From the NCBI GenBank assembly GCA_026770705.1, contig JANJGN010000009.1, positions 32,736,001 through 32,800,000 on the forward strand: 64,000 nt of DNA, read 5' to 3'. A program made the translations under genes and the position numbers. The notes beneath the pieces are model-generated. The model did not search any database, had not been told where the DNA came from, and saw nothing but the letters and a program-made list of their open reading frames with translations. Numbering within the stretch: position 1 is the first letter of the stretch; each line of letters begins with the position of its first letter. Positions 62,170-64,000 of this stretch are shown here, piece by piece. The DNA comes from Isurus oxyrinchus (lineage: Eukaryota).

Positions 62170-62830
62170 GAACAAAATTATTTGCCTAACAAGCTTATAG
62201 ATTTCTTTGAGGAAGTGGTTTCCCAAATTTATAAGGGAAAATCATAGAACATGAGAGATTACTTCATAAGACAATCCCTTTCAAACTTAGATAGTATAAA
62301 TTAAAGTAAGACTTTTTTTTTAATTTGCAGTTGGCTAAAGGAAAAGGAAGCATACTGTAGTCATAAATAGAGTTAAGTTATCATGAGAGGAGATACTCAG
62401 ACTTTCCCATTCCATATGAGATATATAATGAGCTGTATTCACAGTTTCATTACAAGGTAGCTAAATTCTCAGTTGTCAATCAGCCAATGGGGGTGTGGAC
62501 AAATGATTTGCATTTTAGCAAATCAGGAGCACGTGGAACTAAATATGGACAAATGTAAATTATTGGATATTTAAAAAGAGGCCTATGTACACCATAGATG
62601 TGACTAAATTACAGAGGAAAAAGATCAGAGACCAAGAGATGTTGGTTGACAAGTTGTTCACATGTCCAAATAGTGTGCAGGAAAAATAAACAAAGTCAGC
62701 AGAATAAGCTGGCCTATCTAGTTCAGAAATCATGCTTAATCAATGGAGGGCACAAGTCAGAAACTAATTTCTAGTTACTGAAACATAAAGCAAATATCCA
62801 GGCCTGAAAATATGCCAGAGGAGGGCAATT
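62170..62830 (+). mobile_element. Old CR1-like RT remnant, probable continuation of 55075-55880
   Basis: tgcctaacaagcttatagatttctttgaggaagtg (CLTSL*.FFEEV-like), gacaaatgtaaa, ccagaggagggcaa. Confidence 0.55.
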
Positions 62831-63312
62831 ATACTGAAAAGTTTACATCTGTTCCCATGGATCCCGGCAACCTCTTCAGTGCACCTTCTGCTCATCTGAT
62901 TCTGGTCAGCTACGTTTAACTCCTTCTGGCCACCGTCAGAGCTGAAAGCTATCTTACTTCCACATGATTGAATTCCCTTCCCAAACTCTCATACTCTTTC
63001 CCAACTCCAATTTCCTCTATGAAGCAACTTAAGGTTGCATTCAGAAATTTGGGTGGGAATTTGCCTGAGCCCATTTTCAGAGTTGTGGGGAAAGACAACC
63101 TATGGAACTTTAGCAATGGTGAAGTACTCCTATTCTTCTTGGTTACACAGGAATGTTCCTTAAAAACATTTATTTTAACATATATACCTTTAGTTGATGG
63201 CTGATGCTTAGGACACAGCAGAAGAATCTGGAGTGGGATAGATTTGGCCCCTGCCCTGTTTATCAATTTCAGTAAGGGGACCAAAAACAGGTTTTAACCC
63301 CCTAACCTACAT

Positions 63313-64000
63313 GGACTAAATTTTACTTGCCGAAAGCAGGACTGCCATTGTTCCATAGAATATCGGGTATGATGATGTTAGGACACAGACCTGACATCAT
63401 TAGGCCATTCTGTAATAAGACGATTGATGGGTGGACACTGAAATTGGCAGCCTGCCCAGCATTTAGAAATTAATATTTATAGGCCATTTAAGCATACAAC
63501 AGTCCAAATGACTGCTATAAAACATTCCCTATGCTATAATATTGGCTGAATGTGAAACACACCTTGTGGGGAGCCCATTTTCTTTAAGGTCCCAAAAAAG
63601 GGCGAATGTAAAGGCTGGACGTTGGTCTATGCCAGATCTTAGCAGGAGAGGCTGCTGAGAGTTATTTGTTTTGGAAAATTTTGCTGTTCATAAACTTCTG
63701 ATCATATACAGGGCTATTCCTCAGAAGATGATCCAAAAAGTTGTTGCTCCAGTCATCTTTGAGCACTGCACCATTTGTGGTGAAAACAGTGTTCCCTATG
63801 GGAGATAAATCCTCCAGTGAGGAGGGGAAGGAAGAGGCCAGCTGTCCAGGGCAGGAGTGGCACGAACTGTAGGAAGATGGGCAAGCTGCTGAGGAGCAAC
63901 GGGCTACGGAGGAGAGAAAGCAGCAGACACAGGTGAAGGCCATACCCTCCCAGTCATGTTTACAGAGTGCGAATGTCATATCCTCAGATGAAAGAGAGAC
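63313..64000 (+). mobile_element. Left end of another Harbinger with transposase N-terminus (runs off the window)
   Basis: TIR-like ggactaaatttt; RPYPPSHVYRVRMSYPQMKER resembles the transposase start at ~12600 (minus) and ~40150 (minus). Confidence 0.65.

Noticed and set aside
62860-63270. Possible L2 3' remnant with overlapping ORFs
   Set aside because: Too decayed to delimit or classify by eye; the ORFs show no recognisable motif.
63662-63979. 105-aa Cys/Ser-rich minus-strand ORF as a host gene exon
   Set aside because: It is the antisense of a Harbinger transposase N-terminus on the plus strand.

Overview
Eukaryotic, gene-poor DNA made mostly of decayed and nested transposable elements. 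The mix (CR1 and L2 LINEs, SacSINE1/DeuSINE-like SINEs, Penelope-like elements, Gypsy LTR elements, PIF/Harbinger transposons) suggests a cartilaginous fish; this is an inference. No host protein-coding exon, rRNA, tRNA gene or CRISPR array could be supported. Main structures: (i) a complete two-gene Harbinger (7158-13314); (ii) a nest in which a second Harbinger transposase is split by a full two-LTR Gmr1-type Gypsy (27327-39784, integrase before RT), which itself carries three CR1s, a Penelope element and a MITE; (iii) two K02A2.6-like Gypsy copies; (iv) a CR1-in-CR1-in-CR1 stack at 55-63 kb. The most interesting signal is at least eight Penelope-derived insertions carrying a minimal hammerhead-ribozyme motif. 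These show stem II covariation, a non-canonical CUGU(U/C)GA core in the best-preserved copies, 9-11 bp target-site duplications (TSDs) in five copies, and inverted double-motif hairpins in two. All family assignments come from motif recognition by eye, not database searches.
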